From Candidatus Berkelbacteria bacterium (GTDB lineage Bacteria > Patescibacteriota > UBA1384 > 2-12-FULL-50-11): a DNA stretch of 44,109 bases. Numbering within the stretch: position 1 is the first letter of the stretch; each line of letters begins with the position of its first letter. Positions 1 through 8,322 of the stretch are shown piece after piece. The translations under genes were made by a program, and so were the position numbers. Location of the stretch: NCBI GenBank assembly GCA_024654065.1, contig JANLIQ010000076.1, positions 1-44,109 of the forward strand, written 5' to 3'. The notes beneath the pieces are model-generated. The model was not told the origin of the DNA, did no database searches, and was given only the letters and a program-made list of their open reading frames with translations.

Positions 1-1
1 C

Positions 2-229
2 GCCAGTCTCGTAGCTCTCGAGACAAAGCTGGATGAGTGTATCGGTCTCGAAGGGGGACCGAACCCGCTTCTTCGAATTCAAATCGCTCAAAGAGCAATT
101 GCTCTGGCGATCAACATGGGTTCCGACAATCTGCCAGAGTTCCACAGGAACGTGCTAAGCTCCGGAATGGATCCGGAATTGGTCTTCGCAGTTCTTTCTA
201 CGAGGAACCTCCAACTCGTCGCGAAGTAG
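2..229 (+). CDS. Hypothetical protein, 3' part (5' truncated by window edge)
   Basis: Frame starting at base 2 is open (ASLVALETKLDECIG...RNLQLVAK) to TAG at 227-229, followed by a terminator. Not in the ORF track because no start codon lies in the window. Confidence 0.55.
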   Translation, partial: ASLVALETKLDECIGLEGGPNPLLRIQIAQRAIALAINMGSDNLPEFHRNVLSSGMDPELVFAVLSTRNLQLVAK

Positions 230-248
230 CCAGCTACTTCGCCCGCCC

Positions 249-280
249 AGCTCTCCGCCACTAGGTTGGGGAGCTTTTTT
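249..280 (+). terminator. Intrinsic terminator
   Basis: AGCTCTCC...GGGGAGCT stem followed by a T run. Confidence 0.6.
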
Positions 281-336
281 AAGACCAGGGTAGTTCCCAA
301 TCAAAAGGCAACATAGTAACGCAAAGGTATTGTGTT

Positions 337-606
337 TTGAAAATGGTGTATATTGGTATTAGACCTTCCCTGAGGTCTACAGAACGAGACGTAAGTCTCT
401 CTGGAGTTGTTACGGGAGTGTGTTTGTTCGTTAAGTGCATCAAGAACAACAACGGCGAAAAGGCTACTAGTAAAAAGTTAAATGAGGTTGTTCTAAAAAA
501 CACAGCTGGATCCTTCCACGGGGTAAGTGTGTTTAGGGAGAGCGGTGGCGGAGTTTGCGCCTCGCCCGACGACAAAGAGCTCTTTGTCAACTTAACCCAC
601 CCTTGA
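337..606 (+). CDS. Hypothetical protein (~87-89 aa)
   Basis: ORF fills the gap between two terminators. No recognisable motif. Confidence 0.5.
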   Translation: MKMVYIGIRPSLRSTERDVSLSGVVTGVCLFVKCIKNNNGEKATSKKLNEVVLKNTAGSFHGVSVFRESGGGVCASPDDKELFVNLTHP

Positions 607-620
607 TGCAGAACGTGGAA

Positions 621-659
621 GAAGTCCTCGTATACGCAAATATACGAGGCTTCTTTTTT
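621..659 (+). terminator. Intrinsic terminator between convergent genes
   Basis: GAAG-CCTCGTATA cgcaaa TATACGAGG-CTTC followed by TTTTTT. Confidence 0.7.
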
Positions 660-1053
660 ACTCGGTTGTTTTACCGTCAAAATGCTCTTCGTGACCCTCT
701 GCGACTTCTTTTGTAGCTGCTACTGTCCCATCTTTGTGGTTAGCAGGTGAATAAATTGTGTAAAGTTTAAGCGAGAGGGAGTCTGAAGTGTTAACTACAT
801 TATGCTTAGCTCCTGCTGGTACAACTACTGCATCCCCGTTAGAAACATCATATAGGTTACCGTCAACAATCGACTTCCCAGTTCCCTGCTCAAAACGGAA
901 AAACTGGTCAACAGTATGAACTTCTTCGCCTATCTCTTCGCCTGGCTTAAGAGCCATTAATACCAGCTGGCTATGTGGCCCGGTATACAATACCCGACGA
1001 AAGTTCTCATTTTCTACTGTTAGTTTTTCAAGGTTTCCGTAGTATCCCTTCAT
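658..1053 (-). CDS. Cupin domain protein (mannose-6-phosphate isomerase-like)
   Basis: NFRRVLYTGPHSQLVLM..PGEEIGEEVH..DQFF..G..VVVPAGAKHNVVN..LKLYTIYSP is a typical cupin_2 signature. Start set to the ATG at 1053, after SD GAAAGGAGG. Confidence 0.9.
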   Translation of the reverse strand: MKGYYGNLEKLTVENENFRRVLYTGPHSQLVLMALKPGEEIGEEVHTVDQFFRFEQGTGKSIVDGNLYDVSNGDAVVVPAGAKHNVVNTSDSLSLKLYTIYSPANHKDGTVAATKEVAEGHEEHFDGKTTE

Positions 1054-1085
1054 AATCCTCCTTTCGATACAAATATACACCTATT

Positions 1086-1322
1086 CTAAAAAAGATTCTG
1101 ATTAATGTCTATCTCGATGGTCTTCTGTTTACTTGTTTCGCCTCTTTTGATCGTAAATAGGCTTTTTGGAAGCTTAAGATAGTTCGCAAGCAGTACGATC
1201 GTTGCCTTGTTAGCCTTTCCTCCAACTGGCGGTTCGGTAACCGAAACTAAGTAATGTTTCGCGTCTATCTGCTCAACATTAGCGATTCTCGAACTTGGCT
1301 TAACTTTCACAAATATCTTCAC
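1086..1322 (-). CDS. DUF167/UPF0235 (YggU-like) protein
   Basis: VKVKPSS..V.VTEPPVGGKAN..LA.Y..I.RGETSKQK motif. Confidence 0.9.
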   Translation of the reverse strand: MKIFVKVKPSSRIANVEQIDAKHYLVSVTEPPVGGKANKATIVLLANYLKLPKSLFTIKRGETSKQKTIEIDINQNLF

Positions 1323-1323
1323 C

Positions 1324-1899
1324 TTAATGACTGCTAATCTTCTCAGACATTTCTAATACTGCTTGCAGAACCTCGGGAAGCTCTTTGATACCTTCTACGC
1401 CAGAAAAATGTTCCCAATTATTATTCTTGATCAGCCTTGCTCCCAAATGTTGTTGAAATTCGTAAGCAGACTCAACACGGACGTAATTGTCCCTTTCTGA
1501 ATAAACTGCAACGAAGTATGGGCAATGAAGTAAAATCTTCGGGTAATTTAAGCCTTTCTCATAATACTTTTGAAGAATTGGGATTGGATGCTTTAGCGCA
1601 CCGCTAAATCCGGCTACCATCACTACCCCTCCGATCCTTTGGCTATCAGGTAGCGTTTCTAGATATTTCAAGATCGTATAGCACCCCAAGCTGTGGCCAA
1701 CTAGGTATGTCTCTTCGTCTGGTAGTCCGATAAGTTCTCTTAAGGTTAAAAGCCATTCATCCAGCTTTGGGAGTGCTGCGTGTGGCATTTGTGGCGCAAA
1801 AACCTGAAAGCCATTTCTCTCCAACTGTTGACGTAGCCACAGCTGCCAGCCCTCACCCGGCTTCCCTTCCCACCCATGAATAATTACCGCTCGCTTCAT
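1324..1899 (-). CDS. RBBP9/YdeN family alpha/beta hydrolase
   Basis: IIHGW, W..WL, LVGHSLG nucleophile elbow, S..D.YV and a C-terminal HF. Confidence 0.9.
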   Translation of the reverse strand: MKRAVIIHGWEGKPGEGWQLWLRQQLERNGFQVFAPQMPHAALPKLDEWLLTLRELIGLPDEETYLVGHSLGCYTILKYLETLPDSQRIGGVVMVAGFSGALKHPIPILQKYYEKGLNYPKILLHCPYFVAVYSERDNYVRVESAYEFQQHLGARLIKNNNWEHFSGVEGIKELPEVLQAVLEMSEKISSH

Positions 1900-1958
1900 G
1901 GAGCTATGATACCAAATTATTTTAATCAGATTCTAAACTCCCAAAGAGAAGTCGCCTC

Positions 1959-1987
1959 TTGACTAAAAAGCAAGTTTCTTGTAATAT
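1959..1987 (+). promoter_or_regulatory. Sigma70-type promoter for the 2028 ORF
   Basis: TTGACT-17 nt-TAATAT. Confidence 0.55.
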
Positions 1988-2027
1988 TCTTGTCACGTGA
2001 CATTGAGTCACTAAGGACGTACATACG

Positions 2028-2504
2028 ATGTCAGATCTGTTCGTAGCCCCAACAAAACCTGGTTTCCAGGTCCTTCTCGACTCCATAAGCGAGCTCAGTT
2101 CGGATTCTCCTAAGCCCAACTCTGGACGTTTTGCGTTCAGCAACCTAGAGGCGCGGGCGAGGGAGTTCATCCCCCCGGAAAGACGACAGGAAGTTTGCGA
2201 TGCCGTCTACGAGCTTGGAGACAAGATCGGGAATATGACGGACGGTTGCCTTCTACCAGACGCGATCACAGGCTTTCTTCTTCTTCAACTGGGGCCCGAA
2301 GAGCTAGCCGAGCTTCTCAAGAGTAAGGGTGGCAAGTGGGAGCTGAGGAAGTGCGAGCACCATTGCAACCAAGCTTATCACGCTTACACGACCGACCCCG
2401 AACGTCTACGCTCGTCGGCAGGCCGTGCCGCTGAGCAACTGGCAAACATGATTTTCTCCGATCTGACCGAGGTGTCGAGAGTACACTTCATCAGGCTGGA
2501 GTAA
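2028..2504 (+). CDS. Hypothetical protein (158 aa) with CEHHC motif
   Basis: ORF with upstream promoter and TAAGGA SD. No recognised family. Confidence 0.6.
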   Translation: MSDLFVAPTKPGFQVLLDSISELSSDSPKPNSGRFAFSNLEARAREFIPPERRQEVCDAVYELGDKIGNMTDGCLLPDAITGFLLLQLGPEELAELLKSKGGKWELRKCEHHCNQAYHAYTTDPERLRSSAGRAAEQLANMIFSDLTEVSRVHFIRLE

Positions 2505-2577
2505 CGGTTTTCCAACTGAATTGTTCGCGATTCAGACCCGTAACATGCGCTGGCTCCCGTGAGTCGGCGCATCTTTT

Positions 2578-2616
2578 AAAAGCAAAAAGCCGCCCAATGG
2601 ACGACTTTATTGCTTT
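2578..2616 (-). terminator. Intrinsic terminator after rpsJ
   Basis: Minus strand AAAGTCGTCC att GGGCGGCTTT TTGCTTTT. The G-U pairs only form on the minus strand. Confidence 0.7.
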
Positions 2617-2632
2617 CTAATTATCTTGTTGT

Positions 2633-2962
2633 CTAAGTCTTGATTTCAATATCTACTCCCGCCGGCAGATCTAAATTCATCAATGCATCTAATGTCTTTG
2701 GATTAGGGTCTAATACGTCAATTATACGTTTGTGAATACGGATCTCGAACTGTTCACGAGCGTCTTTATGAACGAACGTTGAACGGTTTACCGTAACAAG
2801 AGACTTTTCCGTAGGCAACGGAATCGGACCGGCCACCACTGCGCCGGTTCGTTCCGCTGTTTCTATGATTTTTTTGGCACTCCGATCAATGACCCTGTAG
2901 TCGTAGGCTTTGAGCTTAATCCTTATCGAGCTTTTAGCTTGTTCACGTTTAGTGTTGGCCAT
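2633..2962 (-). CDS. rpsJ: 30S ribosomal protein S10
   Basis: [40 protein letters not shown]. Confidence 0.98.
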   Translation of the reverse strand: MANTKREQAKSSIRIKLKAYDYRVIDRSAKKIIETAERTGAVVAGPIPLPTEKSLVTVNRSTFVHKDAREQFEIRIHKRIIDVLDPNPKTLDALMNLDLPAGVDIEIKT

Positions 2963-2987
2963 TGATTAAAGTGCAATTGTTATTATT

Positions 2988-4169
2988 TTACTTAGTGATC
3001 TTAGTGACCACACCTGCGCCCACGGTTCGGCCACCTTCACGGATAGCGAATCGGAGCTTTTCTTCCATGGCAATTGGTTGAATTAGTTTCACCTTGAAGG
3101 TTGTAGTATCCCCTGGAACAACCATCTCCATACCTTCTGGAAGCTCAACTTCACCCGTAACGTCAGTGGTTCGGAAGTAGAACTGCGGTTTATAGCCTTT
3201 GGTAAACGGAGTGTGTCGGCCACCTTCTTCTTTCTTTAAGATGTAGCACTCGGCTTCAAACTCAGTGTGGGGAGTAACGGAGCCAGGCTTACAAATAACC
3301 TGACCACGTTCGATGTCTGTTCTCTCAAGGCCACGAACGAGTAGTCCGATGTTGTCACCAGCTTGACCGGAATCCAACATCTTACGAAACATTTCAACAC
3401 CGGTAACAACGGTTTTCTTTGTTGGGTGTAAACCAACAATTTCAACTTCTTCACCAATCTTGACAGTACCTCGCTCAACACGACCAGTAGCAACAGTGCC
3501 ACGGCCTTTAATTGAGAAAACGTCTTCAACTGGCATCAGGAAAGGCTTGTCAGTTTCGCGGACTGGGTCTGGAACGTAGGTATCTAGAGCCTCAACAAGA
3601 TCAGTGATAGATTTTTCAGCCTCGGCATCACCATCAAGAGCCTTTAGGGCAGAACCTTTAATGATTGGGGTGTCTTTGCCTGGGTACTCATATTTAGTTA
3701 ACAGATCGCGAACTTCTTCTTCGACTAGATCTAAAAGATCTTTGTCGGTAACCTGGTCGCACTTATTCAAGTAGACAACGACGTAAGGTACACCAACCTG
3801 TTTGGCTAGCAAGATATGTTCACGAGTCTGTGGCATCGGACCGTCAGGTGCAGAAACAACAAGAATTGCCGCATCCATCTGAGCGGCACCAGTAATCATG
3901 TTTTTTACGTAATCTGCGTGTCCGGGGCAATCAACGTGAGCGTAATGTCTTTTATCACTCTCGTACTCAACGTGATAGGTAGCAATCGTAATACCGCGCT
4001 GTTTCTCTTCTGGCGCGTTATCGATCTGATCAACTGCTCTTTTCTCAGCCTTGCCTTGCTTGGCGAGCACATTGGTGATCGCGGCAGTCAAGGTAGTTTT
4101 ACCGTGGTCGACGTGGCCAATAGTGCCAACGTTGACATGCGGCTTGGTGCGTTCAAATTTGTCTGCCAT
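2988..4169 (-). CDS. tuf: Elongation factor Tu
   Basis: [25 protein letters not shown] and [14 protein letters not shown]. Confidence 0.99.
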   Translation of the reverse strand: MADKFERTKPHVNVGTIGHVDHGKTTLTAAITNVLAKQGKAEKRAVDQIDNAPEEKQRGITIATYHVEYESDKRHYAHVDCPGHADYVKNMITGAAQMDAAILVVSAPDGPMPQTREHILLAKQVGVPYVVVYLNKCDQVTDKDLLDLVEEEVRDLLTKYEYPGKDTPIIKGSALKALDGDAEAEKSITDLVEALDTYVPDPVRETDKPFLMPVEDVFSIKGRGTVATGRVERGTVKIGEEVEIVGLHPTKKTVVTGVEMFRKMLDSGQAGDNIGLLVRGLERTDIERGQVICKPGSVTPHTEFEAECYILKKEEGGRHTPFTKGYKPQFYFRTTDVTGEVELPEGMEMVVPGDTTTFKVKLIQPIAMEEKLRFAIREGGRTVGAGVVTKITK

Positions 4170-4237
4170 TTGTATTACCTTTCTCCTTTACTATTCTAAT
4201 ATTTTACTTTGATTTATTGTAACTCAAAACGAGTTCA

Positions 4238-4267
4238 ATTGTAACAGGTTAACTGCTTGTACGTCAA
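4238..4267 (-). promoter_or_regulatory. Dedicated tuf promoter
   Basis: Minus strand TTGACG-18 nt-TACAAT with a TGn extension. Confidence 0.6.
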
Positions 4268-4289
4268 CTGTGGGGTGCATAGAAATGTG

Positions 4290-4529
4290 TTGACAGCGGG
4301 AATTGTTACTAGGTACACTGGATTTGTTCGAATCTCGTAGGACAGGAGGCATCTTGCCTATGATGAACCTGATCACCTAATAACCCCTCGGCCTGCGGGC
4401 AAGCAAATCGTCACTTGTTCGGATTTGTGCTCCAGCAGTAGGAGCGTAAGCCCGACCCGACTCACTGCTCACGAATGTATGGGACTCCCGCCTGTGGTCA
4501 CTACCGCCTTCGGCCACAGGCGCTTCTTT
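4290..4529 (+). ncRNA. Candidate ~200-nt non-coding or micro-peptide transcript
   Basis: TTGACA-18-TACACT promoter (4290-4319) and terminator CGCCTGTGGTC...GGCCACAGGCG CTTCTTT (4489-4529). Only a 6-codon ORF (MMNLIT, 4360-4380) follows AGGAGG. Confidence 0.4.
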
Positions 4530-4603
4530 ATGCTTAAATGGTTGACATCCCATAGGTACGAGCCTATTATACACTCGAATCTTCGGACCTAATGGAGGAA
4601 CCG

Positions 4604-4834
4604 ATGCAACAAAACATAAGGGTCACCGAAGGAAGTCCGCAGCTTAAAATGTGGCGACTTGGTTTTTGGGGTGGACTACTTCTATTCGTCCTGGGCGTCA
4701 TCTTGTTCTCGATACCTTGTTTTGCTCAGAGCGGCAAGCTATTCGAGGACTTCTTTCCGCCGGGCTGCCTGCTGATGGCTTTTGGTGGATTAGGCTTGGC
4801 CTACGCGAGTCAAGTTGACCGACCGAAAAGCTGA
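4604..4834 (+). CDS. Small two-TM membrane protein
   Basis: Two hydrophobic segments. Promoter TTGACA-17-TATTAT (4542-4570), GGAGG SD before the ATG at 4604, and a terminator downstream. Confidence 0.7.
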   Translation: MQQNIRVTEGSPQLKMWRLGFWGGLLLFVLGVILFSIPCFAQSGKLFEDFFPPGCLLMAFGGLGLAYASQVDRPKS

Positions 4835-4858
4835 GACATCGACCTCGGCCACACACAA

Positions 4859-4896
4859 GGCCTTGGGGTGCTAACACTCCAAGGCCCCGTTCTTTT
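4859..4896 (+). terminator. Intrinsic terminator
   Basis: GGCCTTGGGGTG ctaa CACTCCAAGGCC followed by a T-rich tail. Confidence 0.7.
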
Positions 4897-4961
4897 GCTT
4901 AATATTTATCCCAAAGCCATAATCACACCCCCAAGGTGTACTAGAATCTGTTTTCTTCTAT

Positions 4962-5114
4962 CTAATAGTGTGGACAACGTGACGAGGTAAACCATTCGGG
5001 ACAACGGGAGAATTCAGGGAAAAATACTGAGCCAAGGATCGCCCCCACTAACGAGGCCGAGATTATCAGAAACCACCAGTAGTGCTTATAGATGAAGGTC
5101 CTAAGCCTCAGCAT
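4962..5114 (-). CDS. Small single-TM protein (50 aa) overlapping the fusA 3' end
   Basis: [35 protein letters not shown]: basic N-terminus plus a hydrophobic helix. The ATG overlaps the last codons of fusA. Confidence 0.5.
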   Translation of the reverse strand: MLRLRTFIYKHYWWFLIISASLVGAILGSVFFPEFSRCPEWFTSSRCPHY

Positions 5115-7206
5115 CAACAGATTTGGCTGTAGGAGATTTACCAATAATGCCTTCGGCAATGTTACGAGGAACCTCTTCGTAATGGTCAAATTCCATAGTG
5201 TATGCAGCACGACCCTGGCTCATGCCACGAAGTTCGGTAATATAGCCAAACATTTCAGATAACGGCACTAAAGCATCGACAATATGGGAGTTTCCACGTT
5301 CTTCAGAGCCCTGAACTCTTCCGCGTCTGGCGTTCAAGTCTCCGACAACAGAGCCAAAGAACTCGTCAGGAGTTGTTACTTCCACTTTCATGATTGGCTC
5401 GAGAATCACCGGGCCAGCTTTTCTCACACCATCTTTAAAGGCCATTGCACCCGCAACTTGGAAAGCAACATCAGATGAGTCGACGTCGTGGTACGAACCA
5501 TCATAGAGAGTAACCTTAACGTCAACTAACGGGTAACCCGCAATCACACCCTTGCTTAAAACGTCTCGTACACCCTTTTCAACTGATGGGATAAATTCTC
5601 GGGGAATTGCGCCACCAAAGATCTTGTTAACAAACTCAAATCCTCCGCTTTGCTCAAGCGGTTCGATCTCAAGCCAAACATGACCGTACTGACCACGTCC
5701 ACCTGATTGTTTAATATATTTACCTTCCTGCTTAACAGACTTGGTAATTGCTTCTTTATACGCAACCTGGGGAGCGCCTTTATTAGCTTCAACACTAAAC
5801 TCTCTCTTCATCCGATCAACAATAATATCCAAATGTAACTCGCCCATACCTTCGATTAAAGTTTGGTTCGTTACGGTATCCTGGCTTAAACGTAGTGTTG
5901 GGTCTTCAGCTGCTAAGCGTTGTAGGGCCGCACCCATCTTTTCCTGATCGGCTTTTGTTTTTGGTTCGATAGCCATCTTAATAACTGGCTCTGGGGCAAC
6001 GATTCGCTCTAGGACAATTGGAGATTTCTCGTCACATAGAGTATCTCCGGTAGTCGTTCCTTTTAAACCAACTGCGGCAGCAATGTCTCCCGTATATACC
6101 TCCGTCACATCCTCACGGGAATTGGCGTGAAGTCGAACAATACGACCAACACGTTCTTTGTCTCCTTTAGAACTGTTTAAGACATATGAACCCGCAGATA
6201 ACTTTCCAGCATAAACCCTAAAGAATGTAAGAGATCCAACGAACGGGTCGGTAGCAACTTTGAATGCTAAGGCAGTAAACGGCTCGTCATCAGAAACTTC
6301 CCGGATAAGTTCTTTTTCGTGATCTTTAACATCAGTTCCTTTAACGGCTTCGACATCTAGTGGAGATGGTAAGTAGTCAACCACGGCATCAAGAAGAGGT
6401 TGAACACCTTTGTTCTTAAGAGCAGAACCCGCCAGTACGGGAAACAAACTTACGTTGATAACTGCAGTTCTTAGAGCAGCCTTTAGCTCTTCTTCGGTTA
6501 GCTCAGTACCTTCAAAGTATTTGTTCATAAGTTCTTCGTTGGTTTCGGCAATCTGTTCGATAAGCTTATGACGATACTCTTCGACTTCAGCTTTCATATC
6601 TTCTGGAACTTCTTCAACAGTTGCTTCTTTTCCTAAGTCATCAGATTTCCAAACAATAGCTTTGTTTTTAATCAAATCTACGACCCCCTTAAGCTGGTCT
6701 TCTGAACCTATCGGTAACTGCATAACAACGACTTTTGCCCCTAGTCTATCCTGAATGGTTTTAACGACGTATTTAAAGTCAGCCCCAATACGATCGAGTT
6801 TATTAACAAAACAAATCCGAGGAACCTTATACTTATCTGCTTGGCGCCAAACAGTTTCACTTTGAGCTTCAACTCCCGCAACACCGTCAAAAACAGTTAC
6901 CGCACCATCCAAAACACGCAATGATCGCTGAACTTCAATTGTGAAATCAATGTGTCCCGGAGTATCAATAATATTGATGTTGTGGTCTTTCCAAAATGCA
7001 GTTGTGGCTGCAGCGGTAATGGTAATCCCCCGCTCCTGCTCCTGTTCCATCCAGTCCATAACTGCAGCGCCTTCGTGAACTTCACCCATTTTGTAAGTTT
7101 TACCGGTATAGAAAAGTATACGTTCGGAAACGGTGGTTTTACCAGCATCGATGTGGGCGATGATACCGATGTTGCGAATCCGCTCGAGCGGGTACTGACG
7201 AGCCAT
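5101..7206 (-). CDS. fusA: Elongation factor G
   Basis: [38 protein letters not shown] and YHDVDSS. Confidence 0.99.
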   Translation of the reverse strand: MARQYPLERIRNIGIIAHIDAGKTTVSERILFYTGKTYKMGEVHEGAAVMDWMEQEQERGITITAAATTAFWKDHNINIIDTPGHIDFTIEVQRSLRVLDGAVTVFDGVAGVEAQSETVWRQADKYKVPRICFVNKLDRIGADFKYVVKTIQDRLGAKVVVMQLPIGSEDQLKGVVDLIKNKAIVWKSDDLGKEATVEEVPEDMKAEVEEYRHKLIEQIAETNEELMNKYFEGTELTEEELKAALRTAVINVSLFPVLAGSALKNKGVQPLLDAVVDYLPSPLDVEAVKGTDVKDHEKELIREVSDDEPFTALAFKVATDPFVGSLTFFRVYAGKLSAGSYVLNSSKGDKERVGRIVRLHANSREDVTEVYTGDIAAAVGLKGTTTGDTLCDEKSPIVLERIVAPEPVIKMAIEPKTKADQEKMGAALQRLAAEDPTLRLSQDTVTNQTLIEGMGELHLDIIVDRMKREFSVEANKGAPQVAYKEAITKSVKQEGKYIKQSGGRGQYGHVWLEIEPLEQSGGFEFVNKIFGGAIPREFIPSVEKGVRDVLSKGVIAGYPLVDVKVTLYDGSYHDVDSSDVAFQVAGAMAFKDGVRKAGPVILEPIMKVEVTTPDEFFGSVVGDLNARRGRVQGSEERGNSHIVDALVPLSEMFGYITELRGMSQGRAAYTMEFDHYEEVPRNIAEGIIGKSPTAKSVDAEA

Positions 7207-7207
7207 T

Positions 7208-7396
7208 CTAGTTTTCTACTCTATTTTTATCAAGGAAGAAGTAGTGAACGACCGAATAAACCAAGAAGATCGCCACAAACATAATAAACGCTTCACGGAA
7301 GTTGACGTCGTCGAATCCAACAAATATCGTGTTAATTATTACACTCAACACTGCCACCATAAGACCGTTTATGAGAGAGTTCTGGCGCTTACTCAT
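7208..7396 (-). CDS. Small two-TM membrane protein inserted between rpsG and fusA
   Basis: 62 aa with two hydrophobic helices. TAATG overlap with the rpsG stop. Its stop lies 1 nt before the fusA ATG. Confidence 0.75.
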   Translation of the reverse strand: MSKRQNSLINGLMVAVLSVIINTIFVGFDDVNFREAFIMFVAIFLVYSVVHYFFLDKNRVEN

Positions 7397-7869
7397 TAGT
7401 ACCTGGCAAAGTGAGCAAAAGCCCGGTTGGCTTCGGCCATCTTATGTAAATCTTCTCGCTTCTTCATAACCGCACCGGTATCTTCAAGGATATTCTTCAT
7501 TTCGGCATACATTGCATCAGCCATTGGTTTGCCTTTAACGCCACGGCAAGCAGCAATCAACCAACGCATAACCAAAATGACCTTACGGGCAGGTCGAACT
7601 TCCATCGGTACTTGATAGTTAGCGCCACCAACACGACGAGATTTAACTTCAAGAATCGGTGAAGCTTTTTCAATAATTAGTTTCAGAGTGGCTGGAACTT
7701 CCATTTTTTGTTCGGCGGCTAGACGCTCGATAGCTGAATAGACAATTGTAGTAGCAGTTTCTTTTTTACCACCGATCATCACTTTGTTTATAAGTTTCGT
7801 TAACTGCGGATCCTGGTATTTAGGGTCTAAATTTATCGGAGGTCTTTTTATTGTTACTTTTCCACGCAT
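7396..7869 (-). CDS. rpsG: 30S ribosomal protein S7
   Basis: EVKSRRVGGANYQVP and HKMAEANRAFAHF. Start reassigned to MRGK at 7869, just after the rpsL stop. Confidence 0.97.
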   Translation of the reverse strand: MRGKVTIKRPPINLDPKYQDPQLTKLINKVMIGGKKETATTIVYSAIERLAAEQKMEVPATLKLIIEKASPILEVKSRRVGGANYQVPMEVRPARKVILVMRWLIAACRGVKGKPMADAMYAEMKNILEDTGAVMKKREDLHKMAEANRAFAHFARY

Positions 7870-7870
7870 T

Positions 7871-8287
7871 TTATTTTGGCTTTTTAGCGCCGTATTTACT
7901 TCGGCCTTGGTTTCGATTTTCAACTGCTTCGGCATTCAACACGCCTCGAACAATGTGGTACTTGACACCTGGCAAGTCTTTAACGCGACCGCCCCGGATT
8001 AAGACCAGAGCGTGTTCCTGCAGATTGTGCTTAATGCCTGGAATGTAGGCCGTTACTTCTTGACCGCTAGTTAGACGAACACGAGCAATCTTTCGTAGAG
8101 CCGAGTTTGGCTTTTTTGGAGTTGTGGTTGTAACTTTAACGCAAACACCACGCATAAACGGCCGACCAGCTGGATAATCCACTGGACGGTTTTTGAGTGA
8201 ATTGAAACCACGATGCAACGCCGGGGATTTAGATTTCTCCTTTGTTTTCTTGCGACCGTATTTTACTAGCTGGTTTATGGTTGGCAT
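7871..8287 (-). CDS. rpsL: 30S ribosomal protein S12
   Basis: [28 protein letters not shown] and [10 protein letters not shown]. Confidence 0.99.
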   Translation of the reverse strand: MPTINQLVKYGRKKTKEKSKSPALHRGFNSLKNRPVDYPAGRPFMRGVCVKVTTTTPKKPNSALRKIARVRLTSGQEVTAYIPGIKHNLQEHALVLIRGGRVKDLPGVKYHIVRGVLNAEAVENRNQGRSKYGAKKPK

Positions 8288-8293
8288 TTGACT

Positions 8294-8322
8294 ATTATAC
8301 CTTGGGGTTTCATTTGGCTCAA
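8294..8322 (-). promoter_or_regulatory. Leaderless-type promoter for rpsL
   Basis: TTGAGC-17-TATAAT-6 nt-ATG, with no SD. Confidence 0.65.

Noticed and set aside
37-680. ORFs 37..264(+), 88..300(-) and 279..680(-)
   Set aside because: They are shadows of the frame-2 partial gene and the 337..606 gene, they cross terminators, and they have no motifs.
7870-7935. N-terminal extension of S7 in the ORF track
   Set aside because: It overlaps rpsL. MRGK at 7869 matches the normal S7 start.
8319-8321. Alternative genetic code 25 (TGA=Gly)
   Set aside because: rpoC and other genes end at TGA, and the conserved genes contain no in-frame TGA.
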